DNA of 64,000 nucleotides from an uncultured Sangeribacter sp. (GTDB lineage: Bacteria; Bacteroidota; Bacteroidia; Bacteroidales; Muribaculaceae): positions 3,519-67,518 of the forward strand of contig CAZCJC010000009.1 in NCBI GenBank assembly GCA_964499025.1, written 5' to 3'. Below, piece by piece: positions 18,799-27,733 of the stretch (its first letter is position 1; the number at the start of each line of letters is the position of its first letter). Below the pieces are notes generated by a model. The model was not told where the DNA came from, did no database searches, and was given only the letters and a program-made list of their open reading frames with translations. The position numbers and the translations under genes were made by a program.

Positions 18799-19992
18799 AT
18801 GAAGACCAATATAGCAGTTTTTTTCGGTGGACGTTCAGTAGAACATGAAATTTCAGTTATTTCTGCGTTGCAAGCTATCAATGCATTTGATAAGGAGAAA
18901 TACAACATAATTCCCGTATATATTTCCAAACAGGGGAGATGGTATACAGGAGACAATCTTCTTGAGATCCGGAATTATCGAGACATGAATTCGTTGGTGA
19001 ATAATGCTGAAGAAGTGTTCATGCGCCCCGAATACGGAGATTATAATCTATATAAAGCCCAAACGGGATTATTCAGCAAAAGAAATCCGATAGTTGCGGA
19101 ACTTCACGCGGTTGTACCGGTTCTTCATGGCACAAATGGAGAGGATGGAATATTCGAAGGTGTACTTGAGACAATTGGAATACCTTATGCCGGTTGTAAT
19201 ACTCTTTCGAGTGCCAATGGAATGGATAAGATAACCATGAAAATGATCCTCAGAGAAAGTGGGATTCCTGTAGTAGATTATGTTTGGTTCACCGATAAGG
19301 AATGGCTATCGAAAAGAGATGCAATCATTTCCAAAGTTGAAGAAAAGCTTTCATATCCGGTGATAGTTAAGCCTGCAAATCTTGGGTCAAGTGTAGGTAT
19401 CGGAAAGGCTTCCAACAGAAGTGAGTTAATAGAAAAAATAGACAATGCAGAGAAGTTTTCCAACAGAATAATTGTCGAACATATGATTGAACAGTTAAAA
19501 GAAATTAACTGCTCAGTGCTTGGAGATTGCGATGAACATCAATCTTCTGTTTGTGAGGAACCGATAAAGACAGGCGATTTTCTTTCGTATGAAGATAAAT
19601 ATATGGGAGGATCTAAAACAACTGCAGGAATGCAAGCAAGTGATAAGAGAATCCCGGCTGACCTTCCGGAAGAGATGAGTGAAAAGATACGTCATCTTGC
19701 CGGCGAAACATTCCGAGTCCTGTCATGTCATGGAGTAAGTCGGATTGATGTAATGATTGATGAGAAAGACAATAAAATATATGTCAACGAAATAAATACC
19801 ATTCCCGGTTCGCTTTCTTTCTATCTTTGGGAGGCATCTGGAATAAGATTTGACCAATTAATGGACAAACTTGTGCAGCTTGCACTTAAGAGAAAGCGTG
19901 CAATTGATAGAAAAACGTTTACTTACGACAGCAATATCTTTGCTCTTGGAGGAGGCGTAAAGGGAGCTAAAGGTGTAAAAGGGGTAAAATAA
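18799..19992 (+). CDS. ddl: D-alanine--D-alanine ligase
   Basis: FGGRSVEHEIS, LHGTNGEDG, VKPANLGSSVG, SYEDKY, SRID, VNEINTIPGS. Confidence 0.93.
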   Translation: MKTNIAVFFGGRSVEHEISVISALQAINAFDKEKYNIIPVYISKQGRWYTGDNLLEIRNYRDMNSLVNNAEEVFMRPEYGDYNLYKAQTGLFSKRNPIVAELHAVVPVLHGTNGEDGIFEGVLETIGIPYAGCNTLSSANGMDKITMKMILRESGIPVVDYVWFTDKEWLSKRDAIISKVEEKLSYPVIVKPANLGSSVGIGKASNRSELIEKIDNAEKFSNRIIVEHMIEQLKEINCSVLGDCDEHQSSVCEEPIKTGDFLSYEDKYMGGSKTTAGMQASDKRIPADLPEEMSEKIRHLAGETFRVLSCHGVSRIDVMIDEKDNKIYVNEINTIPGSLSFYLWEASGIRFDQLMDKLVQLALKRKRAIDRKTFTYDSNIFALGGGVKGAKGVKGVK

Positions 19993-19998
19993 AGTGAA

Positions 19999-22900
19999 TT
20001 GATTATGAGTAAGAATTTCAAGGAATATAGCAACCAATTAAACCTATCCGACATCAATAAGGAGATGTTGGAGCTTTGGGATGCCAATAATCTTTTTGAG
20101 GCCAGTATGAAAGAGAGGGAGGGTTGTCCTACTTTCGTATTTTATGAAGGGCCACCCTCAGCTAACGGAATGCCCGGTATTCATCATGTGATGGCGCGTA
20201 CTATAAAGGATATCATATGTCGCTATAAGACAATGAAGGGCTTTCACGTGAAACGTAAAGCCGGTTGGGATACTCATGGCCTTCCGGTGGAGTTGGGTGT
20301 AGAGAAAACCCTTGGAATTACAAAAGAGGATATCGGAACCAAAATTTCTGTGGATGAATACAATTCAGCCTGTAGAAAAGAGGTGATGAAATATACAAAG
20401 GAATGGACTGACCTAACACACAAGATGGGTTATTGGGTCGATTTGAAGAATCCTTATATCACCTATGACAACAGGTATATCGAGTCTGTGTGGTGGCTGC
20501 TCAAAGAATTGTATAAGAAAGGTTATCTTTACAAAGGTTACACAATTCAGCCGTATTCTCCGGCCGCAGGTACTGGTCTTAGCTCTCATGAGTTAAATCA
20601 GCCGGGTTGTTATAGAGATGTAAAGGATCTCACTGCAACGGCGCTTTTTGATATTAAAGATCCAAAGCCTGAGATGACAGGTTGGGGACGCCCTTGTTTC
20701 CTCGCATGGACAACAACCCCCTGGACATTGCCATCAAATACCGCTTTGTGTGTCGGACCCAAGTTTGAATATGTTGCTCTTCGTACATTCAATCCATATA
20801 ATGGTGAGAAACTCACAGTAGTTATGGCCTCCGATCTTGTAAATTCGTATTTCAAGAAAGAGGGGGAAAATGCTGATTTCAATTCATATAAGGCAGGAGA
20901 TAAGATTATCCCCTATGAAATAGTTGGAAGATATCGAGGAGAAGAACTTGTTGGAATGCATTACAACCAATTGCTTCCTTGGGTAAAGCCGACGGAGAAA
21001 TTGAATGAGTATTCTGCTGAATACGTAAAGAATTATGCAAAAGAGTATCCCAATAAGGTGTTTACTGTAGGGTCAGATTCTTTCGTTGAGATGGAGTCTC
21101 AGGCTTTTCGTGTTATACCGGGTGATTATGTTACGACCGACGATGGTACAGGAATCGTGCATATCGCTCCCACATTTGGAGCCGATGACGCGAAAGTGGC
21201 AAAAGCAGCGGATATCCCTTCTCTATTCATGATAAATAAGAAAGGGGAGACTCGTCCGATGGTTGACCTTCAGGGACGCTTCTATGTAATTGATGAACTT
21301 GCACCGGAGTTTGTAGAAACCTGTGTAAATATTGATCTATATAAGAAATTTGCCGGAGAATATGTGAAAAATGCATATGATCCGCAGTTCTCACCGGAAG
21401 GAAAATATGATGAAGCGGCTGCTACCAAGGCTGAGGACCTTAACGTGAGATTATGTATAGATATGAAACAGTCTGGGAAGGTGTTCCGGACTGAAAAGCA
21501 TGTGCATAATTATCCTCATTGTTGGAGAACAGATAAGCCTGTGATATATTATCCACTTGACAGTTGGTTTATCCGTACTCCGGAAGCACGCGAACGGTTA
21601 ATTGAACTCAACGATACTATCAAATGGAAACCGGCAGCTACCGGAACCGGTAGATTTGGTAAATGGCTTGAAAATCTTCAAGATTGGAACCTCTCCAGAA
21701 GTCGTTATTGGGGTACGCCTCTTCCTATATGGCGTACAGAAGATGGAAAAGAGGAGTATTGTATAGGATCTTATGAAGAACTCTGTCAAAAAATAGATGA
21801 GGCAGTAAATGCCGGGCTTATGAATTCGAATCCCTTTACTGATAAGGGTTTCATTCCCGGGTCTTTTACCGCAGAGAATTATGACAGAATTGACATTCAT
21901 CGTCCCTATGTGGATGATATTATTCTTGTTTCTCCATCGGGCAAACCCATGAAACGGGAGACAGACCTTATCGACGTTTGGTTTGATTCCGGGGCTATGC
22001 CATATGCTCAGATCCATTATCCTTTTGAAAACAAGGAATTACTCGATACAAAGGAAGTATATCCTGCTGATTTTATTGCTGAGGGTGTGGATCAAACAAG
22101 AGGATGGTTCTTTACTCTTCATGCAATTGCGGGTATGGTTTTTGACTCAGTTGCATATAAGGCTGTTATTTCAAATGGCCTTGTTCTTGACAAGAATGGA
22201 AATAAAATGTCTAAGCGACTCGGGAATGCGATAGATCCATTTGGAAATATTGAGCGTTTCGGTAGTGATCCTGTAAGGTGGTATATGATTTCCAATTCAT
22301 CACCCTGGGATAATCTCAAATATGATGAGGAGGGTGTTGCAGAAGTTAGCAGAAAACTTTTCTCAACACTTTATAATACCTATAAATTCTTTGCTCTATA
22401 TGCAAATGTAGATGGATTTTCCGGAAATGAGACTCAGGTTCCTTTAAAAAATCGTCCGGAGATCGACAGATGGATACTATCGTTGTTGAACAGTCTTATC
22501 CTGGAAGTTGAGAAAGATCTCGATGATTATGAACCCACGAAAGCTGCGAGGGCGATTGATGAATTTGTGAATGACAATCTCAGCAACTGGTACGTTCGTC
22601 TGAACAGGAAACGTTTCTGGGCAGGAGATATGAATGAGGATAAACTTTCGGCATATCAGACACTCTATACCTGTCTTAAGGTCATAGCCCAGTTAATGGC
22701 TCCGTTTGCCCCATTCTATGCTGATAAACTATATTCTGACTTGGTTGCTCCTACCTTGGATGGGAAGGATTATGAATCGGTTCATCTGTCGGATTTTCCC
22801 AAGGCAGAAAAAGAAACAATTGATAAGGAACTTGAAGATAGAATGGATCTTGCTCAGCGCATCACATCAAGTGTGCTTGCATTACGAAGGAAAGTAAACC

Positions 22901-23574
22901 TGAAGGTGAGACAGCCTCTTCAGACTTTGCTGATTCCCGTCATTGATGATTCTCAAAGAGAAAAAATTAGTGCGATAAAGAATATTATCCTTGATGAGGT
23001 GAATGTAAAGGAGCTTAAGATTGTAGATAATGAGGAAAGCGGGCTTGTGAAGAAAGTTAAAGCAGATTTCAAAAAGCTCGGTCCTCGTTATGGGAAGATA
23101 ATGAAAGCTCTTGGAAAGGCAATAACAGAAATGTCTCAGAAGGATATAGCTGTTTTAGAGAAGGAAGGCCGATTTGAGTTTAAAGAATTACCCGAAACTC
23201 CAGTTGTTACTGTAGAAGATGTTGAAATTATTCCGGAAGATGTGCCCGGATGGCTCGTAAGTAACGAAGGAAATATAACGGTAGCACTCGATGTTACAGT
23301 CACTCCGGAGTTGAAAAACGAAGGAATGGCTCGGGAGTTGATCAATAGAATTCAGAATATTCGGAAATCCTCAAATTTTGAGATAACTGATAAAGTCAAT
23401 GTCGAGCTTTCTGATTCTGAATCAGTAAGAGGTGCGCTGGCTCAATATAAAGATTATATTGCTGCTCAGGTTCTCGCAGATAATATTGCCATTGTAGACA
23501 AGGTCGAAGGTGACAACGTTGTCGAACTCGATATTGACGGAGAAAAGTTATTGGCAAAAGTAACAAGAAAATGA
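19999..23574 (+). CDS. ileS: Isoleucyl-tRNA synthetase, type 2 (likely start ATG at 20005)
   Basis: EGPPSANGMPGIHH (HIGH-like), GWDTHGLPVE, WTTTPWTLP, GTGIVHIAP, KMSKR. Confidence 0.96.
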   Translation: MIMSKNFKEYSNQLNLSDINKEMLELWDANNLFEASMKEREGCPTFVFYEGPPSANGMPGIHHVMARTIKDIICRYKTMKGFHVKRKAGWDTHGLPVELGVEKTLGITKEDIGTKISVDEYNSACRKEVMKYTKEWTDLTHKMGYWVDLKNPYITYDNRYIESVWWLLKELYKKGYLYKGYTIQPYSPAAGTGLSSHELNQPGCYRDVKDLTATALFDIKDPKPEMTGWGRPCFLAWTTTPWTLPSNTALCVGPKFEYVALRTFNPYNGEKLTVVMASDLVNSYFKKEGENADFNSYKAGDKIIPYEIVGRYRGEELVGMHYNQLLPWVKPTEKLNEYSAEYVKNYAKEYPNKVFTVGSDSFVEMESQAFRVIPGDYVTTDDGTGIVHIAPTFGADDAKVAKAADIPSLFMINKKGETRPMVDLQGRFYVIDELAPEFVETCVNIDLYKKFAGEYVKNAYDPQFSPEGKYDEAAATKAEDLNVRLCIDMKQSGKVFRTEKHVHNYPHCWRTDKPVIYYPLDSWFIRTPEARERLIELNDTIKWKPAATGTGRFGKWLENLQDWNLSRSRYWGTPLPIWRTEDGKEEYCIGSYEELCQKIDEAVNAGLMNSNPFTDKGFIPGSFTAENYDRIDIHRPYVDDIILVSPSGKPMKRETDLIDVWFDSGAMPYAQIHYPFENKELLDTKEVYPADFIAEGVDQTRGWFFTLHAIAGMVFDSVAYKAVISNGLVLDKNGNKMSKRLGNAIDPFGNIERFGSDPVRWYMISNSSPWDNLKYDEEGVAEVSRKLFSTLYNTYKFFALYANVDGFSGNETQVPLKNRPEIDRWILSLLNSLILEVEKDLDDYEPTKAARAIDEFVNDNLSNWYVRLNRKRFWAGDMNEDKLSAYQTLYTCLKVIAQLMAPFAPFYADKLYSDLVAPTLDGKDYESVHLSDFPKAEKETIDKELEDRMDLAQRITSSVLALRRKVNLKVRQPLQTLLIPVIDDSQREKISAIKNIILDEVNVKELKIVDNEESGLVKKVKADFKKLGPRYGKIMKALGKAITEMSQKDIAVLEKEGRFEFKELPETPVVTVEDVEIIPEDVPGWLVSNEGNITVALDVTVTPELKNEGMARELINRIQNIRKSSNFEITDKVNVELSDSESVRGALAQYKDYIAAQVLADNIAIVDKVEGDNVVELDIDGEKLLAKVTRK

Positions 23575-24254
23575 ACTTGAATATGGAGGATAAAAATTTG
23601 ACTCCATCTAATGGCAAGTCATCGGGACTTTCATCCGGATGGCTTGCCATTATCATCGCCATTCTGGTGATAATTGCTGACCAGACATTAAAGATATGGA
23701 TAAAGACCCATTATTATCTTGGGGAAGATCATGAGATAACATCATGGTTCCATATCAAGTTTATAGAGAACAATGGCATGGCTTTTGGTCTTGAATTATG
23801 GAGTAAACTTGCTCTTACAATTGGGAGGATCATAGCCGTAATCCTTTTCATATGGTTTATCCTCAAGGTTAGGAATGTTCCGGGTATAAGGCGGGGATTC
23901 ATAATTGCGGTTGCATTGATCACTGCCGGGGCTGCAGGGAATATTTTTGACTGTGTCTTTTATGGTAAGATTTTCAACAACCCGATGCCACCTGAAATAG
24001 CTGTTCTTTTTCCTCCAGAAGGAGGTTATGCGGGATGGTTTGAAGGTAGGGTAGTGGATATGTTATATTTCCCGTTTTTCGACTTTTATTGGCCAGAATG
24101 GATTCCAGTAATAGGTGGGAAATATTATGAATTTTTCGCTTATATCTTCAATATCGCTGATGCTTCTATTTGCGTTGGAGTTGCGATGCTTTTGATATTC
24201 TTTTCTAAAGATGCTTCTTTAGCATTCAGAGCAATCGGTAAAAATAAGGAATGA
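23571..24254 (+). CDS. lspA: Lipoprotein signal peptidase II
   Basis: ADQTLK, ENNGMAFG, GAAGNIFD, VVDM, IFNIADASI; ATGA overlap with ileS. Confidence 0.93.
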   Translation: MNLNMEDKNLTPSNGKSSGLSSGWLAIIIAILVIIADQTLKIWIKTHYYLGEDHEITSWFHIKFIENNGMAFGLELWSKLALTIGRIIAVILFIWFILKVRNVPGIRRGFIIAVALITAGAAGNIFDCVFYGKIFNNPMPPEIAVLFPPEGGYAGWFEGRVVDMLYFPFFDFYWPEWIPVIGGKYYEFFAYIFNIADASICVGVAMLLIFFSKDASLAFRAIGKNKE

Positions 24255-25204
24255 CGGATTTGAGAATAATATTAAGTGTCTTTGTCATTTCCCTCATTCT
24301 TGTAGGATGTGATAAGCGTCCGGGCAACGTTTTGGATGAGGATGAGATGGTAAGATTGATTGCTGACATGGAAGTTGCAGAAATATATTTTCAACAATAT
24401 CCCGGTGGATATTATAATGATAGTATCCGTGACAGAGCAATTCAATTCGTACTTGACAAGCATCATATATCCAAGAAAGATTTTGATTCGACACTTACAT
24501 GGTACGGAAAAAATATTGATGTCTATCAGCAGCTTTATTCAAAAGTAGACAAAGAACTTCTTAATCGTCAGAAAAAAATCACCGGTAAGTCTGAAACAGA
24601 TTTAGTATCCAATGATCTCTGGCCATTTTCGCGTCATTATTTTATTGATTCCAAATCGGGTCGCCATGATATTAATTTTGCAATTCAGTCTTCAGAAGTA
24701 GAATCAGGAGAAAGACTGATATGGAGACTCCGGACAAATTCAATGCCATCAGGTCAGATTCTACTCGGAGTTGAATATGAAAATGGCACTTCATCTGTAA
24801 CCTATCAATCCACTAATTCAAAAATCTCGGAAATTACTTTACAGACCGACTCCAGTCAAAGAGTTAAAAGGATAATGGGACAATTCAGATTGAAGGATTC
24901 TTCCTCTCTCCCTGTTTGGATTGATAGCATTTCTTTAAAAAGTCTTCCTTTCGATAGTACGGAATATTACAGAATATATTCTCAAAGATTGTATCGTGGT
25001 CCAAAAAGACGCTTGAATATAAAGGAAAAAGCAGATTCCATTGATAATGAAGAGAACTCAATTGAAGAGAAGAAAGGTGATGATTCTTCTGCCTCTCATC
25101 ACAAATCTGTCAGAAGGCTTCAACCTGCGGAACTTGATATCGACAAGAATTTCAAACCAACAAAATTGGAAGATAAAGCAAGAAGTCCCAAAAGACCAAA
25201 TTAG
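24251..25204 (+). CDS. DUF4296-family lipoprotein
   Basis: Lipobox LVGC, FDSTLTWYGKN motif; usual position after lspA. Confidence 0.75.
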   Translation: MTDLRIILSVFVISLILVGCDKRPGNVLDEDEMVRLIADMEVAEIYFQQYPGGYYNDSIRDRAIQFVLDKHHISKKDFDSTLTWYGKNIDVYQQLYSKVDKELLNRQKKITGKSETDLVSNDLWPFSRHYFIDSKSGRHDINFAIQSSEVESGERLIWRLRTNSMPSGQILLGVEYENGTSSVTYQSTNSKISEITLQTDSSQRVKRIMGQFRLKDSSSLPVWIDSISLKSLPFDSTEYYRIYSQRLYRGPKRRLNIKEKADSIDNEENSIEEKKGDDSSASHHKSVRRLQPAELDIDKNFKPTKLEDKARSPKRPN

Positions 25205-25315
25205 AATCTAAATAGCTATTCATATTTAGCACATATATTAATAATTATAAATCATAGAGTCTTAATTTGAACATCTACTAAATACTAATATCGAAACTCT
25301 AAAAAAGTTATTCAA

Positions 25316-25597
25316 TTGGATCTTTCTTCATTGCAACAAATAAAATTTCTTACTCGGAAAGTTGAGATAGTTGATAGAAAAGGAATAGGAAGAATTTTGA
25401 TTCTTCCTATAATCACATTATATGTAGAGAGTAAGAATAACTTTGGATCAACTTACTTCAGATCACCGGTTCGGGTAAAAATTATATCTTATGATGTGGA
25501 GGAATTCTTAGGAGAAGTTCCTCAAGTCACTTATATCGATTACAGTGTTAGAATAATTGATGATGGCGAAAATTTATGGCTTGAACCCATCAATTGA
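25316..25597 (+). CDS. Hypothetical 93-aa ORF (TTG start; uncertain or remnant)
   Basis: ORF track only; no recognisable motif. Confidence 0.3.
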   Translation: MDLSSLQQIKFLTRKVEIVDRKGIGRILILPIITLYVESKNNFGSTYFRSPVRVKIISYDVEEFLGEVPQVTYIDYSVRIIDDGENLWLEPIN

Positions 25598-26063
25598 GAG
25601 GAATATTTATATTAATTGAAGGTATTGGAGTCCAGAATGATTCCGGTGACCAGTGTATATTTATTACCCCTGGTGCGCCATATCTTCCCGAATATGGGTA
25701 AAGTTTCTGGATATAATGGCGACCATTTCTATAATATCTTACAATAAAGGTATCGCTATTTATTCTCCAAACCTTTACATCTCGGCTTCCACGAGTGGCG
25801 TATCTAATCATCTTTTCAAGTTCTCGATTAGGGGAATGGTGATTCTTCCGAATGTTCTGACCCGGTCTATTTACAAAATTATTGTGTTTTTTCTTATGAT
25901 CTTTTGTGGCATGTTGCCGGTGTGGTCTATCATTCCTATGATGATCCCTATTTCTGTCGGTATGCTCTAAGTGACCTCTGTTATTTTTGTGATGGTCAGC
26001 AAATACTTCTCCAGTTCCTGCCAGAGAGAATGCTATTATAATCAAAATTATTATTCTTTTCAT
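25590..26063 (-). CDS. Secreted His/Arg-rich hypothetical protein
   Basis: Signal peptide, about 12 His in residues 23-78, C-terminal PSININIPLN. Confidence 0.7.
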   Translation of the reverse strand: MKRIIILIIIAFSLAGTGEVFADHHKNNRGHLEHTDRNRDHHRNDRPHRQHATKDHKKKHNNFVNRPGQNIRKNHHSPNRELEKMIRYATRGSRDVKVWRINSDTFIVRYYRNGRHYIQKLYPYSGRYGAPGVINIHWSPESFWTPIPSININIPLN

Positions 26064-26177
26064 AATTATTCTGTTTTAATGTTTACTCCGAAGTATACAT
26101 TAATGACCAAAAATTTATGTAAAAGTTTATTTTATGCTGCTAATAAATAAATTTTTAAGGCATAAAGGCATAACAAT

Positions 26178-26254
26178 CATTTACATTTATAGATTAGAGA
26201 CTATTTGGATCATACATTTACATTTATAGATTAGAGACTATTTGGATCATACAT
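26178..26254. repeat. Perfect 37-bp tandem duplication
   Basis: catttacatttatagattagagactatttggatcata x2 plus cat; no spacer. Confidence 0.95.
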
Positions 26255-26265
26255 AAGAATATATT

Positions 26266-27573
26266 TTAAAAAGAGAACGACACAAAAGCACCTACTCTTC
26301 TTGCCCAGGCAGACTGACCGCTGAAATTCAGTCTTCTACCTAAGTTGAATTCAGCTGCGCATGATATTCTTGGAGTCAGATACCAGAAAACATTAGCTGC
26401 AATGTAAAGCCCCTGTTTATAATCATCGGGTTGAACTGCGTATCGGGGTGCATATCGAGTTCCTCCAAAAGTTGCGGATGCAAATATTGAAGGTGTAAAA
26501 TTATACTGTCCGGCAATGTATCCTCCGTAGCATAATGGAGAATATAAATCTCCCGGTTTTAGTGGATTTTCGACTAAGTCATAGGCACCCATCAACCAGT
26601 CGCCACCAAGACTTGCATACCCGTGTCCTGCGTTCATCATTCCATACACCGTAACGGCATGGTGAGGATGAAATACAGTGGAGATTTGAGTACCCCACCC
26701 GATTTTATTATGATTTTTTTCCTGAATTAAATTTCGGTATGGGAGTGAACGCAGAATACCGGAAAGTCGAATATGATTTGATCCCGGCCATGTCCATTGA
26801 AGGAACGCTGCCACATCAGGAATATATTGCTCGACTTTTGCAGTCTTATCAGGAATAATCTCTATCTGATCGGAAGGAGTTTCCACGGAAGCAGCAATGT
26901 AGAAGCCTTTGGGCAAGTTATGGAGCCAACGTATGAGAACCGCTGTTGCACTCATTTTTGCATTTGGACCCGATGCATCCACAGCCGGAGGGAGTGCGGT
27001 CGGATCGCTGAATGTAGAGCTGTCGTAACCGAATGTCCAATCGTTTATTCTTGCATATGCTTTTTTAAGATGAAAATCGCGCGCCTGATATCCATTAAAG
27101 TTAGCTTCAATATAAAGTTGATATTCACCAAATAGTTTATTAGTTCCGATGAGTCTGAAATAGAGAGCTGTTCCGGCTGGTGTGGTTCCAAAATATTTAT
27201 TCCGTAGAGGATTGTTTTGCATAGGGATAAGATAGGGGGCGAAACCCGGGGAAGGGATGGAACCACCCCAGTCAAAATAACCTCTCATCCTCACACATCC
27301 TCCCATTCCCATAGCAAGATTCGAATCTTTCGACAGAAACAGAAAATAAGGAGCTAAAGGATCTTGGAAATGCCGAAACTGATCTTCGTAAAATTTTCGG
27401 ATAAGATTGGACACTGTATCATTGGAGGGTGCATCATTTTTTCCGAAATAAATAATTTTATGCGAATTTATGGATGAATCCAAAAGAATATCTGTCATAT
27501 TTTTTGTTTGAGACAAAGCAATATTAAATGTGACGCTCAATAGGAAAATTATAATAAGCCTAATAATTTTCAT
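26266..27573 (-). CDS. DcaP-like outer-membrane porin
   Basis: Signal peptide, YIEANF...FHLKKAY...WTFGYDSSTFSD, PDVAAFLQW, C-terminal FVSFSF (BAM signal). Confidence 0.75.
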   Translation of the reverse strand: MKIIRLIIIFLLSVTFNIALSQTKNMTDILLDSSINSHKIIYFGKNDAPSNDTVSNLIRKFYEDQFRHFQDPLAPYFLFLSKDSNLAMGMGGCVRMRGYFDWGGSIPSPGFAPYLIPMQNNPLRNKYFGTTPAGTALYFRLIGTNKLFGEYQLYIEANFNGYQARDFHLKKAYARINDWTFGYDSSTFSDPTALPPAVDASGPNAKMSATAVLIRWLHNLPKGFYIAASVETPSDQIEIIPDKTAKVEQYIPDVAAFLQWTWPGSNHIRLSGILRSLPYRNLIQEKNHNKIGWGTQISTVFHPHHAVTVYGMMNAGHGYASLGGDWLMGAYDLVENPLKPGDLYSPLCYGGYIAGQYNFTPSIFASATFGGTRYAPRYAVQPDDYKQGLYIAANVFWYLTPRISCAAEFNLGRRLNFSGQSAWARRVGAFVSFSF

Positions 27574-27610
27574 CGGGTAAATGGTTAATTAAAATGATTT
27601 TCTATATGTC

Positions 27611-27641
27611 TTGATAAAGTTATAAAAAATCCCTATCTTTG
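27611..27641 (+). promoter_or_regulatory. Promoter of GH43-GH97/GH51/fdtAB operon
   Basis: TTG (27611-27613) - 20 nt - TATCTTTG (27634-27641). Confidence 0.7.
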
Positions 27642-27646
27642 CACAA

Positions 27647-27667
27647 TAAGTGTAAATATTACACTTA
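27647..27667. promoter_or_regulatory. AraR operator candidate
   Basis: Perfect dyad TAAGTGTAA-ATA-TTACACTTA (GTGT-N7-ACAC), 5 nt after the -7 box. Confidence 0.75.
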
Positions 27668-27733
27668 ACTATAAATACACATCCCGAGAATATAATTTTG
27701 ACATACTAATATTTAAACCTAACCTATCGTACC

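Noticed and set aside
26178-26254. 37-bp repeat as a mini-CRISPR
   Set aside because: No spacer between copies, no dyad, no cas genes.
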